From: Akkermansia muciniphila
GTDB taxonomy: Bacteria; Pseudomonadota; Gammaproteobacteria; Burkholderiales; Burkholderiaceae_C
Assembly (NCBI GenBank): GCA_943327015.2
Contig: CALPVM020000001.1
Location: 1 to 33,098, forward strand
Direction: 5' to 3'
Length of the DNA: 33,098 nt
The translations under genes and the position numbers were made by a program. The notes under the pieces are model-generated. The model had not been told where the DNA came from. It did not search any database and saw nothing but the letters and a program-made list of their open reading frames with translations. Below are positions 1 through 11,974 of the stretch, piece by piece (the first letter of the stretch is position 1; each line of letters opens with the position of its first letter).

Positions 1-176
1 CCTTGGACAATGGGCACCAGCTGATTGCATACTCAGCCGGTAAGATGCGCAAAAACCACATACGTATTTTGGCAGGTGACAGGGTTTCGTTAGAGTTATC
101 ACCATACGATCTTACGAAAGCACGTATTAACTTCCGACATATTGACGGTCGCGGTCCTGCTACTCCAAAACGTTAA
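1..176 (+). CDS. infA: Translation initiation factor IF-1 (5'-truncated by window edge), probably the second paralogue
   Basis: Frame from nt 3 reads [57 protein letters not shown], with TAA at 174-176. GKMRK..IRIL.GD.V..ELSPYDL is the IF-1 signature. Not in the ORF track; translated by hand. Confidence 0.95.
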   Translation, partial: LDNGHQLIAYSAGKMRKNHIRILAGDRVSLELSPYDLTKARINFRHIDGRGPATPKR

Positions 177-194
177 ATATAAATAAAGTTGTTT

Positions 195-830
195 ATGAAC
201 TTAAAACAGAATCTGGAATGGCGTTACGCAACTAAAAAGATGGATTCATTCCAAGTGGTAGCGCAAGATAAAGTGGATGCAATTTTAGAGGCTGTTCGTC
301 TAACAGCAACCTCCAGTGGATTACAACCATATGAAGTTATCGTTGTTACCAATCTTGAGGTACGCGAAAAAATTAAGGCTATTGCATGGAACCAGGCACA
401 AATCACAGATGGATCTCATTTGTTAGTTTTTGCTGCATGGGACGACTACACGGCTGAACGCATCAACAGTATGTTTGATTTGACCAACGAAGTTCGTGGG
501 TTTAAAAATGAAGGTTGGGAAAACTACCGTCAGATGCTGTTAAACACGTATCCAAAGCGTGGTGCTGAAATCAATTTTCAACATGCAGCACGGCAAGCTT
601 ATATCGGGCTGGGTACAGCACTGATTGCAGCTGCTAATGAAGAAGTTGATAGCACGCCTATGGAAGGTTTTGATCCAGAAGCGTTGGATGGCATTTTGGA
701 TTTGCGTGCGCGTGGTTTGCGCAGCGTTGTAATTCTGCCATTAGGCTACCGAGAGCAAGACAAAGATTGGCTTGTTAATTTAAAAAAGGTTCGTCGGCCT
801 TTTGATCAATTTGTAAGCGAAGTTAAATAA
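195..830 (+). CDS. NAD(P)H-dependent nitroreductase family protein (NfsB-like)
   Basis: WRYATKK, TATSSGLQPY and STPMEGFD...LPLGY FMN-binding motifs. ATG at 195 preferred over TTG at 189. Confidence 0.9.
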   Translation: MNLKQNLEWRYATKKMDSFQVVAQDKVDAILEAVRLTATSSGLQPYEVIVVTNLEVREKIKAIAWNQAQITDGSHLLVFAAWDDYTAERINSMFDLTNEVRGFKNEGWENYRQMLLNTYPKRGAEINFQHAARQAYIGLGTALIAAANEEVDSTPMEGFDPEALDGILDLRARGLRSVVILPLGYREQDKDWLVNLKKVRRPFDQFVSEVK

Positions 831-859
831 AAAAAGGGAGTCTTAAAACTCCCTTTTTT
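829..859. terminator. Bidirectional intrinsic terminator between nitroreductase and gyrB
   Basis: AAAAAAGGGAGT-cttaaa-ACTCCCTTTTTT, a hairpin flanked by A- and T-tracts between convergent genes. Confidence 0.9.
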
Positions 860-883
860 GTGGTTAATAGTAGTTAGACGACG

Positions 884-3490
<2,607 letters not shown>

Positions 3491-3512
3491 TCAGTTTTCT
3501 ATAAAAAGCAGG

Positions 3513-4619
3513 TTAAATGCGCATTGGCATAATGACGTACTTGAAAGTTGTATTGTCTGGAATGGTGAACAAAGCAGAGCTGTTGCCATCGGCCAGTTCC
3601 ATTTTGACCATGTCTTGTGTCATGTTGCCAAGAGCATCAATCAGGTAGGTAACATTGAAGCCAATTTCAATCGCGTCTCCTGAGTAGTCGATGTCCAATT
3701 CGTCTATGGCCTCTTCTTGTTCTGCGTTGGTAGATGCGACGCGTAGACTGCCGGGTTCAACATTAAGACGTATTCCTTTGAATTTGTCGCTGGTTAAAAT
3801 TGCTGTACGTTGAAGTGTAGCAAGCAAGGCGGCACGTCCTAAAATGATACAGTTATGATGGTTTTTAGGAATAACACGGTTGTAGTCGGGAAATTTACCT
3901 TCTACTAATTTTGTGACAAACTCCATGCCGTCAAACGTGAATTTGGCTTGGTTATTGGCAAATTGCATGTCAATTGCGCCGTCTGCATCAGAGAGAAGGC
4001 GTTGCAATTCGAGAACCGTTTTACGGGGTAAGATAACTTCTTGTTTTGGCACATCGACATCTAAGGTTGCTGAAGCAAAAGCTAAACGATGACCGTCTGT
4101 TGCAACCAAACTTAGCTGATTTCCTTCCGCCACGAACAAAATACCATTGAGGTAGTAACGTATATCGTGAATTGCCATTGCAAAGGATACTTGGCTTAGA
4201 AGGCTTTTAAGGGTTTTTTGCGGTACGCTAAAAAGCGGACCAAAGTGTGCGGATTCTTGCACCAATGGAAAATCTACAGCGGGCATGGATTGCAGTGTAA
4301 ATTTGCTCTTACCACCTTTGAGTATCAGTTTGTTGTCTTTTGCTTCGAGTGAAACAATTTGCTCAGATGGTATGGTTCGCAAAATATCACTGATTTTTTT
4401 TGCCCCAACGGTTGTACTGATTGCTTCTTGGTCTCCACCTAAATCGGCCGTAGTGCGAATTTGAATTTCAAGATCACTAGTGGTGAACTGCAGGGAGGAA
4501 CCAACTTTTTGCAACAAGACATTCGCCAGAATTGGTAATGTATGCTTACGCTCAACAATACCTGATACAGATTGCAATACCGAAAGCACCTGGTCTTGCG
4601 TAGCCTTGAATACGATCAT
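3513..4619 (-). CDS. dnaN: DNA polymerase III beta sliding clamp
   Basis: RYYLNG, VATDGHRL, GKFPDY and C-terminal VIMPMRI; located between dnaA and gyrB. Confidence 0.99.
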   Translation of the reverse strand: MIVFKATQDQVLSVLQSVSGIVERKHTLPILANVLLQKVGSSLQFTTSDLEIQIRTTADLGGDQEAISTTVGAKKISDILRTIPSEQIVSLEAKDNKLILKGGKSKFTLQSMPAVDFPLVQESAHFGPLFSVPQKTLKSLLSQVSFAMAIHDIRYYLNGILFVAEGNQLSLVATDGHRLAFASATLDVDVPKQEVILPRKTVLELQRLLSDADGAIDMQFANNQAKFTFDGMEFVTKLVEGKFPDYNRVIPKNHHNCIILGRAALLATLQRTAILTSDKFKGIRLNVEPGSLRVASTNAEQEEAIDELDIDYSGDAIEIGFNVTYLIDALGNMTQDMVKMELADGNSSALFTIPDNTTFKYVIMPMRI

Positions 4620-4716
4620 GTCAACCTCGTTTTTAAAAAAGAATGGAGCGCTATAAGCTTAGTATTTTCGTTTGTTTTTGCGTTAAAAGGCGGCTGATGA
4701 TGCATTGTTTCGTGTC

Positions 4717-6108
4717 TTATCCTTTTAAGGTTTGTTCCAGCACGTGCAATTGCTGATTTAACTCGGCCTGTTGTTGGCGTTCAGCGCCAATTTTTCGTAC
4801 AGCATGCAATACAGTGGTGTGGTCACGTCCACCAAACAGTTCACCAATTTCAGGTAAGCTCTTTTGAGTCATTTCTTTGGCCAGATACATGGCAATTTGG
4901 CGTGGCCGTGCGATGTTGTTAGGGCGTCGTTGGGAGTACATGTCTGCCACTTTGATTTTGTAAAAATCAGCGACAGTTTTTTGAATATTTTCAACCGAAA
5001 TTTGGCGGTTTTGGATGGCCAGTAAATCGCGCAAAGAATCACGTGCGAGCTGAATAGAAATTTCTTTTTGATTAAATTTTGAATATGCCAAAATTTTACG
5101 CAAGGCGCCCTCTAATTCACGGACGTTGGAGCGCACATTCTTGGCTACAAAAAATGCAACATCCTCTGGCATGATGGAGCCCTCTGAGTGCGCCTTATTG
5201 ATAAGAATTGCCACCCGCATTTCAAGTTCTGGTGGTTCAATGGCCACAGTTAAGCCAGAATCAAAACGTGACACCAAGCGCTCATGAATATCTGGTAAAC
5301 CCTTAGGATAGGTGTCGCTTGTCATCACAATGTGTGATTTTTTGGCAAGCAAAGCCTCAAAGGCATTAAAAAATTCTTCTTGGGTTCGGTCTTTGTTGGC
5401 TAAAAATTGTACGTCGTCGATGAGTAATAAATCCAGCGAGTGGTAGCGCTCCTTGAATTCGTCAAAGGTTTTACGTTGATAAGCTTTGACTACGTCAGAA
5501 ACGAATTGCTCAGCATGAATATAAAGTACGTTGGAGCCAGGTTTTTCGCTTAACAAGCGGTTACCCACAGCATGCATAAGGTGGGTTTTCCCCAGACCAA
5601 CTCCACCATAAATAAACAGTGGATTGTAGAGGTGGCCAGGCATAGAGGCGATATGCATAGCAGCGGCCCGTGCCATCCGGTTGGCAGAGCCTTCGACTAA
5701 GTTCTCGAACGTAAGAGAGGGGTTAATGCGATTTTTGGGCGTTGCGGATCGACGCTCTTCAAGTGGTTCGATACTTTCTTCTGCTACGAACCCGGTAAAA
5801 GTTGACACCGGTGAAGCAGTGGTAGTGGTGGGAGCACGCGGTGTGATTGTTAGCTCGACCAACACGGCTTGTCCGTAGAGTTTCTCTAGAAGCGTTGAAA
5901 TCTTTACGGCATATTGGGCGCGTACCCAATCAAGCTTGAAGCGGTTGGCAACATAAATGGTTACCTTGGAAAGATCGGGCGAAACAATGGCGCCAAGCGG
6001 TTTAATCCATGTATTAAATTGTTGTTCTGGCAAATCTTGAGCAAGATGCTCCAGACAACTTTGCCACAGACTGTTACCTAAATCTGTTTGTGAATCTTGG
6101 GCTGACAA
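4717..6108 (-). CDS. dnaA: Chromosomal replication initiator DnaA
   Basis: [17 protein letters not shown] (Walker A), [18 protein letters not shown] and [14 protein letters not shown] start with a GGAG Shine-Dalgarno 8 nt upstream (6117-6120, minus strand). Confidence 0.99.
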   Translation of the reverse strand: MSAQDSQTDLGNSLWQSCLEHLAQDLPEQQFNTWIKPLGAIVSPDLSKVTIYVANRFKLDWVRAQYAVKISTLLEKLYGQAVLVELTITPRAPTTTTASPVSTFTGFVAEESIEPLEERRSATPKNRINPSLTFENLVEGSANRMARAAAMHIASMPGHLYNPLFIYGGVGLGKTHLMHAVGNRLLSEKPGSNVLYIHAEQFVSDVVKAYQRKTFDEFKERYHSLDLLLIDDVQFLANKDRTQEEFFNAFEALLAKKSHIVMTSDTYPKGLPDIHERLVSRFDSGLTVAIEPPELEMRVAILINKAHSEGSIMPEDVAFFVAKNVRSNVRELEGALRKILAYSKFNQKEISIQLARDSLRDLLAIQNRQISVENIQKTVADFYKIKVADMYSQRRPNNIARPRQIAMYLAKEMTQKSLPEIGELFGGRDHTTVLHAVRKIGAERQQQAELNQQLHVLEQTLKG

Positions 6109-6140
6109 ATGACGGGCTCCCGGAAAAGTGAAATTACGTC

Positions 6141-6198
6141 TGTGAATAGTTTTATCGTAACAAGGTGACTATTGTAAATTATCCAGAGCTTATCCACA
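6141..6198. promoter_or_regulatory. DnaA-box cluster in the dnaA/murU divergent intergenic region (autoregulation; candidate origin element)
   Basis: Perfect TTATCCACA at 6190-6198. TTATCCAGA at 6179-6187 (1 mismatch). TGTGAATAG at 6141-6149 (reverse orientation, CTATTCACA, 1 mismatch to TTWTNCACA). Confidence 0.8.
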
Positions 6199-6257
6199 GC
6201 GACATGGTAGATAAACCCGACAATCGTAATGACTGTACATTGCGTTATCCTATGCAC

Positions 6258-7094
6258 ATGAGCAACGAAATTACATTACAGGATCACAATTGGAGTTCAG
6301 GACAGCGATGTTTGAATGCCCCAGCCATGTTACTGGCAGCGGGAAGGGGTGAGCGCATGCGACCTCTCACAGACTCGGTGCCCAAGCCTTTGTTAAAGGT
6401 GCGCGGTAAGCCTTTGATGCTTTGGCATGCTGAGGCATTGGCCAAGGCTGGCTGCCCCAAAGTGGTGGTTAATACTGCATGGTTAGGTCAGCAAATTGAG
6501 CAAACCATGGGGAATGCATTAGTTTTGAAGCAAAACGAGCCGCAAAGTGGAAAAGCGGCGTCTATGCCAATAGCGTACTCACACGAAGCAATCGATTTTG
6601 GTCGGGCACTGGAAACGGCGGGCGGTATCGCGCGCGCGTTGCCATTGCTTGCTGATGAGGTGTTTTGGGTAGTTGCTGGTGACGTATTTATGCCGGGCTT
6701 TACGTTTGACTCAAAATCGGTAACACAATTTAAGCAGAGCGGAATGTTGGCACATATTTGGTTGGTACCTAACCCCGAACACAACCTTAAGGGTGATTTC
6801 GGTTTGGATCTAAATGCATTGCCACCGTTGGCGCAGAATTTGACGGAAGATACTACCCTACCCCGCTATACGTATTCGACCATTGGTTTGTACCGTAAAG
6901 AATTGTTTAGTGTACCGTGGTGTGATATTGAACCTGGTAATCCCAAAGGTGTGAGCGCACTTTTGGCGCCATTGCTGCGTGCCGCTATGCGCGATGGTTG
7001 TGTTAGTGCAGAACTTTACGATGGTGAGTGGACCGATGTTGGAACGCCAGAGCGATTGGCCAAGTTGAATGTTGATAACAGTGAAATGAATTAA
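6258..7094 (+). CDS. murU: N-acetylmuramate alpha-1-phosphate uridylyltransferase (MurU-like nucleotidyltransferase)
   Basis: MLLAAGRGERMRPLTDSVPKPLL, LETAGGI..ALPLL and WTDVGTPERL motifs. Start uncertain (ATG 6252 or 6258). The track start at 6165 would overlap the DnaA boxes. Confidence 0.85.
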   Translation: MSNEITLQDHNWSSGQRCLNAPAMLLAAGRGERMRPLTDSVPKPLLKVRGKPLMLWHAEALAKAGCPKVVVNTAWLGQQIEQTMGNALVLKQNEPQSGKAASMPIAYSHEAIDFGRALETAGGIARALPLLADEVFWVVAGDVFMPGFTFDSKSVTQFKQSGMLAHIWLVPNPEHNLKGDFGLDLNALPPLAQNLTEDTTLPRYTYSTIGLYRKELFSVPWCDIEPGNPKGVSALLAPLLRAAMRDGCVSAELYDGEWTDVGTPERLAKLNVDNSEMN

Positions 7095-7111
7095 TCTAAA
7101 GGTGGTGTAGC

Positions 7112-8500
7112 ATGGTTAAATCATCCGTTTATAGCCAGAGACGGGCACAATTGGCGTCACAGTTGGGTTCAGATGGAATAGCAATTTTGCCCACAGCATT
7201 TGAGAGGGCACGCAACCGCGACAGCGACTACCTGTACCGGCATGATAGTTATTTTTATTACCTTACCGGATTTTCAGAACCGAACGCATGGATATTGATA
7301 GACAGTAGTGGGCATACCACCCTGTTTTGTCAGCCCAAAGATATGGAGCGCGAAATATGGGATGGGATTCGCCTCGGTCCCGGCGCTGCCCAAGACAGCT
7401 TGGGTGTGGATGCTGCCTATTCGATCGCTGAACTAGAAGTACACATGCCACGGATGTTAGAAAATCGGGAGGTATTGTGGTACCCGATGGCAACCCATTC
7501 AGGTTTGGAGTCGCGTATAGAAGGATGGTTACAAAAGGTGCGATCCAGAGTGCGCTATGGCGCACTGTGCCCCGAACAGATACGAGATGTATGTGTTTTA
7601 CTGGATGAAATGCGTCTCATTAAAGACGAAACCGAGCAAGCCACGATGCGCAAAGCAGCGCAAATCAGTGCCCAAGCACATATTCGCGCAATGCAGTTAT
7701 GTGCCCGTATGCTGCGAGAGGGCAAGGATGTACGAGAATACCATCTGGATGCAGAGCTATTACATGCTTTTCGGCAGCATGGGTCTCAATATCCAGCATA
7801 CGCATCTATCGTTGCAGCAGGCGCAAATGCGTGCGTATTGCACTACCGCGCAGACAATGCAGCGGTAAATAATGGAGCATTGGTTTTAATTGACGCGGGA
7901 TGTGAACTTGATAGCTATGCGAGTGACATAACACGAACATTTCCGGCAAATGGTCAATTTACCGGGGCGCAAAGAGCGTTATACGATTTGGTAGAAGCAT
8001 CGCAACAAGCCGCAGTGGCGGCAACTCGTTCGGGGGCACGATTTACAGAGCCGCATGAGGCTAGTGTAAGGGTGTTGGCGCAAGGGATGCTGGATGTGGG
8101 GTTGCTAAATAAAGACAAAGTGGGTGGTCTTGATGATGTCATTGAAAAACGTGCCTATTTTCAGTTTTACATGCACCGCACCAGCCATTGGTTGGGAATG
8201 GACGTGCATGATTGTGGTAGCTATATTGAGCCTTCAGAAAAAGGACATTTGAACCACCGTAAAGATGCACTTACAGGTGAGGTCTTGTCTAACAGACCGG
8301 CGCGAATACTGCGGCCGGGTATGGTGCTAACCTTGGAGCCCGGTATTTATGTCCGGCCAGCAAGTGGAGTACCAGAACATTTTAATAACATAGGCATTAG
8401 GATTGAAGACGATGCCATTGTTACAAACACGGGTTGCGAGTTGATTAGCCGCGATGTACCAGTAAAAGCGCAAGCAATTGAAGAATTGATGCGTCCTTAA
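7112..8500 (+). CDS. pepP: Xaa-Pro aminopeptidase (M24B)
   Basis: N-terminal aminopeptidase P domain (YFYYLTGF.EP), plus LIDAGCE, YASDITRTFP, HWLGMDVHD, TLEPGIY and GIRIEDD. Confidence 0.95.
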   Translation: MVKSSVYSQRRAQLASQLGSDGIAILPTAFERARNRDSDYLYRHDSYFYYLTGFSEPNAWILIDSSGHTTLFCQPKDMEREIWDGIRLGPGAAQDSLGVDAAYSIAELEVHMPRMLENREVLWYPMATHSGLESRIEGWLQKVRSRVRYGALCPEQIRDVCVLLDEMRLIKDETEQATMRKAAQISAQAHIRAMQLCARMLREGKDVREYHLDAELLHAFRQHGSQYPAYASIVAAGANACVLHYRADNAAVNNGALVLIDAGCELDSYASDITRTFPANGQFTGAQRALYDLVEASQQAAVAATRSGARFTEPHEASVRVLAQGMLDVGLLNKDKVGGLDDVIEKRAYFQFYMHRTSHWLGMDVHDCGSYIEPSEKGHLNHRKDALTGEVLSNRPARILRPGMVLTLEPGIYVRPASGVPEHFNNIGIRIEDDAIVTNTGCELISRDVPVKAQAIEELMRP

Positions 8501-8512
8501 ATGTAGTAACGC

Positions 8513-9037
8513 TTAACTAGCCCGAGCTGATGCGGAATCAAGTTTACTCTTGATGAGTGCCAATTCGTTAAGTAAGGAGTGGTTCAGTGCAGTGAGTTCC
8601 TCGATTTTTTGCAACATGTCTTGCTCTGTTCGGTGGGTTTCAACGGCTGATTTTGCAGTCAATACCAAATCAGCATTGTTAAATGGCTTCTCGAGAAAGC
8701 GGTAAAGGCTGGATTTGTTAATGACTTGCCTAACACCTGTTAAGTCACTTTGACCGGTCAGCATGATTTTGATCATTTTGGGCGAAATTTCATGCAGTTT
8801 GATGAGAAGTTCATCGCCCCGCATATTCGGCATGATGTAGTCGGATATGACGATACTTACTGGTCTGCCGTCTTCGGCAAGGTCAATGCAGATATCAAGG
8901 GCATCTTGACCACATTCTGCGATTTCAATTTCGGCTTGTCCGGCCAATGTTTTTTCAAGCAGGGAGCGCAACGCCTGCAGTACCGATTGGTCATCATCAA
9001 CACACAAAATGACGGGATTTGTTTTTCGCTTCGACAT
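8513..9037 (-). CDS. Response regulator: receiver domain plus C-terminal coiled coil, no evident effector domain
   Basis: ILCVDDD, ISDYIMP (phospho-Asp), MLTG and EKPF; begins 6 nt after the kinase stop. Confidence 0.9.
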   Translation of the reverse strand: MSKRKTNPVILCVDDDQSVLQALRSLLEKTLAGQAEIEIAECGQDALDICIDLAEDGRPVSIVISDYIMPNMRGDELLIKLHEISPKMIKIMLTGQSDLTGVRQVINKSSLYRFLEKPFNNADLVLTAKSAVETHRTEQDMLQKIEELTALNHSLLNELALIKSKLDSASARAS

Positions 9038-9043
9038 AGGTGT

Positions 9044-11644
9044 TTACAGCTGAATAGATGGGTTTTCAGAAGGGTATGGCAAGAAAACAGTCATGGTGGT
9101 TCCCACACCTACTTCACTGTGAACGGAAATTCGTCCAAGGTGTTTGTCGATTATTTTTTGGACAATGGCAAGACCCAAGCCGCTGCCCTCTCCTGATGTG
9201 CGTGTTGTAAAAAATGGATCAAATATTTTTGGTAAAAACTCGGCTGGAATGCCGGACCCAGTATCTGAAATGGCTACTACTGCTTCGTTATTGATAAGCT
9301 TAATAGAAATGGTGAGTGTGCCCATATGATTCATGGCTTGCAGAGCATTTTGAATCAAGTGGTTCCATGCTTGCTTCAGATCCTCTTGCACACACCATAA
9401 GGGGGGAATCATGTCAAAGTCACGCACCAGTTGAACATTGGCCTCGAAGTGCGTTTGGTGCAGAGCTAAAACGATTTCAATACCATCATGAACGCGGGCA
9501 TTGACTTTTTCTACATCATCACTGGCACTAGAGAAAGCTTTGAGAGCATAGACAATTTTTGATACGCGCTCTACAGCATTGTTGATGTTTTGGGAGTTGG
9601 TGATGATAGTGGAGATGCTGCGCGCAGTAGATAGGATGCGATCTGACTCCGGATGCAACAGCAAGGGAAGGTGTTCTTCTGTGATACTGCGGATACCCAT
9701 TTGAACCAGAATACTTGCTTTAAGACGTGGGTTATCAAGGTCATAAGGCTCTAGTTGGGCTGTTAATGCTTTGATTTGAATGCGTTCTTCGCGCGTGTTG
9801 AGGACATAGCCGTCACCACTGTAGTTGCTAAGCATGCCGACAAAACGGTCAGATGTGTCCTGATCCAAAGTTCTGAATAATGAGGGCATGCTAAGAACGG
9901 CGTGTTCAATTGCGTCAGTAATGTTTTTTCCACTTGCCTTAACTGCCCCAATCGGTGTGTTTATTTCGTGGGCAACATTACTGACCAGCACCCCAAGGGA
10001 TGCCATTTTCTCGGACTCAACCAATTGAGATTGTGCTTTTTGCAAATCTTTAAGCGCATTGACAGACTGCTCTTGTAATTGTTCGGCAAATATATGTGAA
10101 ACCTCAGCCTGGCGCTGGGCTTGCTCGGCCATTATCCGTGACTCTTCGGCAAAGATCTGTGAAACCTCGGCCTGACGCTGGGCTTGCTCCATGATCAGGC
10201 GCGACTCTTCGGCAAAAATGCTGGAAACATCTGCTTGGCGTTTGGCTATTTCCAATTCTTTTTTTGCGTTTTCGGCATCCGTAAAGGCGGAGTACAACTC
10301 ATCATTGGCCTTTTTTAGCTCGGCTGTACGCTCGGCAACACGCTCTTCTAACAAATGCTCGGAATTTTTGAGGCTATCAACAAGGTTGTGTTGTGCTTGG
10401 AGTAGTTCAGAGTGGTATTTAGCTTTGTCTCTGCGGATTTCGTGGAAGCGGTCTGCCAATGCAAACGCCATGAGTATCATTTCGATGGCAGATCCGATTT
10501 GAAGGCTGTTGGCAGTGTAAAAATTGGTGGGTACATAACCGAGCGCGCGAAGCGCTGTAATAACGCCTCCAATTCCAAAAATACCAAATGCTATTGAAAA
10601 ATAATAGGCATTGCGTTGTCGTTGGTAAGAACAGTAAATACCAATTGTCAGTAAAGCAAAGGTGGCTAAACCCAGAACGATGGCTGAGTATTTTGCAATG
10701 GCTTGATAGTCGACTAAAAATGTAATGGGTAGTAGTAAAAAAACACCAGACATCAGCTTGAGGCCAATATCCAAAGTGGGTGTGAGTGTGTTGGTTTGTA
10801 ACATGGACCGCATGAACTGAACAGCCGCTACCACTGTATAACAAAGTCCTACATAAGTGGATATGTCAGACCACGTGCTGGCATCAGGCCAAAAAAACTC
10901 TTTTCCTAAACCATTGAAAGATGCCAATGTGAAAGCATTAAGAATTACAAAATTAATATATAAGAGATACACTTTGTCGCGTAAAGAAAATAGCAACAAC
11001 AGGTTGAAAAAGAGCATGGCACTGACCATACCAAAATACCACGTTTGCGTGGAATAGTCCGCGCGGTCATGACTGTAATAAGCAGCTGGCTCCCAGAGAC
11101 GAGCCGGTACCATTAACGCTGTGCTGGAGGTAATGCGTAAATACACGACTTGCTGAGATTGAGCGGGAATATTTAAAGGAAATACAAAATGTCGACTTTT
11201 AACAGGACGAGAAGCAAAAGGCTTGGTAATGCCGGTGTCTATGGATTGGTAAGTGCCGGACGCATCAGGCGCATAAAACTGGACTTGTGATAAACGCGGG
11301 TAATTGATTTCCAGCATTCGTTCTAGGCTGCTGGCTTGCGTATTGTTTAATGTAAGTCGAAGCCAGTATGCTGATTTTGTATAGCCAAAATTAAGTGATT
11401 CTGCCGGATGATTGTTGCCATGAAATTGGCCGGATGTGGCGCTTGAGGTGACATCTTGTATGGATAGAAGGCCTTCTTTGTCTTCTAGAACATCAAAGTA
11501 TTCTGTCAGTTCCGTGCGGGTTGATTGTGAAGACAACTCTAATACTTTACTTGAACCTGATGCATGACCAGCAAATGGTGCAAAGCCGATAGTAAGTACA
11601 AGCAGCAAAGCAATTGTAAAGCGGGTATGAAACAGTTTCAGCAT
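9044..11644 (-). CDS. 7TM-DISM sensor histidine kinase (DISMED2-like periplasmic domain, 7TM region, long coiled coil, NtrB-type HisKA, HATPase)
   Basis: LNFGYTKSAYWLR (DISMED2-like), about 7 hydrophobic segments, SEKMASLG..VAHEINTP (H-box), DTGSGI, FDPFFTT and GSGLGL. ATG 11644 (MLKLFHTRF..., followed by a signal-like segment) preferred over track start 11809. Confidence 0.9.
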   Translation of the reverse strand: MLKLFHTRFTIALLLVLTIGFAPFAGHASGSSKVLELSSQSTRTELTEYFDVLEDKEGLLSIQDVTSSATSGQFHGNNHPAESLNFGYTKSAYWLRLTLNNTQASSLERMLEINYPRLSQVQFYAPDASGTYQSIDTGITKPFASRPVKSRHFVFPLNIPAQSQQVVYLRITSSTALMVPARLWEPAAYYSHDRADYSTQTWYFGMVSAMLFFNLLLLFSLRDKVYLLYINFVILNAFTLASFNGLGKEFFWPDASTWSDISTYVGLCYTVVAAVQFMRSMLQTNTLTPTLDIGLKLMSGVFLLLPITFLVDYQAIAKYSAIVLGLATFALLTIGIYCSYQRQRNAYYFSIAFGIFGIGGVITALRALGYVPTNFYTANSLQIGSAIEMILMAFALADRFHEIRRDKAKYHSELLQAQHNLVDSLKNSEHLLEERVAERTAELKKANDELYSAFTDAENAKKELEIAKRQADVSSIFAEESRLIMEQAQRQAEVSQIFAEESRIMAEQAQRQAEVSHIFAEQLQEQSVNALKDLQKAQSQLVESEKMASLGVLVSNVAHEINTPIGAVKASGKNITDAIEHAVLSMPSLFRTLDQDTSDRFVGMLSNYSGDGYVLNTREERIQIKALTAQLEPYDLDNPRLKASILVQMGIRSITEEHLPLLLHPESDRILSTARSISTIITNSQNINNAVERVSKIVYALKAFSSASDDVEKVNARVHDGIEIVLALHQTHFEANVQLVRDFDMIPPLWCVQEDLKQAWNHLIQNALQAMNHMGTLTISIKLINNEAVVAISDTGSGIPAEFLPKIFDPFFTTRTSGEGSGLGLAIVQKIIDKHLGRISVHSEVGVGTTMTVFLPYPSENPSIQL
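10082..10240 (-). repeat. 63-bp tandem repeat (about 2.5 copies) encoding a 21-aa coiled-coil unit inside the kinase
   Basis: TTCGGCAAA recurs at 10082, 10145 and 10208. Protein units: RQADVSSIFAEESRLIMEQAQ / RQAEVSQIFAEESRIMAEQAQ / RQAEVSHIFAE. Confidence 0.9.
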
Positions 11645-11974
11645 AAGACCTAAAACGCTGGATAAATGAAGATGGTAGCTGCAAGCCATAGTGTTGGCAA
11701 TCATAACGTTGCTAGTGTAGTGCTTATGCAGTAAATACAAGGATTTGTTACCCGTTTTTATGTGTGGAGAAGTGAGCTTGTTGTATTGAAGTTTAGCATG
11801 TTGCACCATTACTGTAAAAAGCCAACAATCTACAGCAAATAGTGGCTTCCTATCAGGTACATAGAATTATTTTATTCAAGTATTCGACTTATCTGTGGTC
11901 ACGCTACTACTACAATAATCTTTCCCTCTAGGAGTCTGGGTTTATAGACTCCATACAACGAAAATGAAAAAACC

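Noticed and set aside
4620-4716. AT-rich dnaA-dnaN intergenic region as oriC
   Set aside because: Under 100 nt, and no recognisable DnaA boxes.
6165-6257. N-terminal extension of murU in the ORF track
   Set aside because: Overlaps the DnaA boxes and dnaA promoter region; probably an over-extended start.
11645-11809. Extra 55 N-terminal residues on the kinase
   Set aside because: Would precede the signal-like segment; probably untranslated promoter region.
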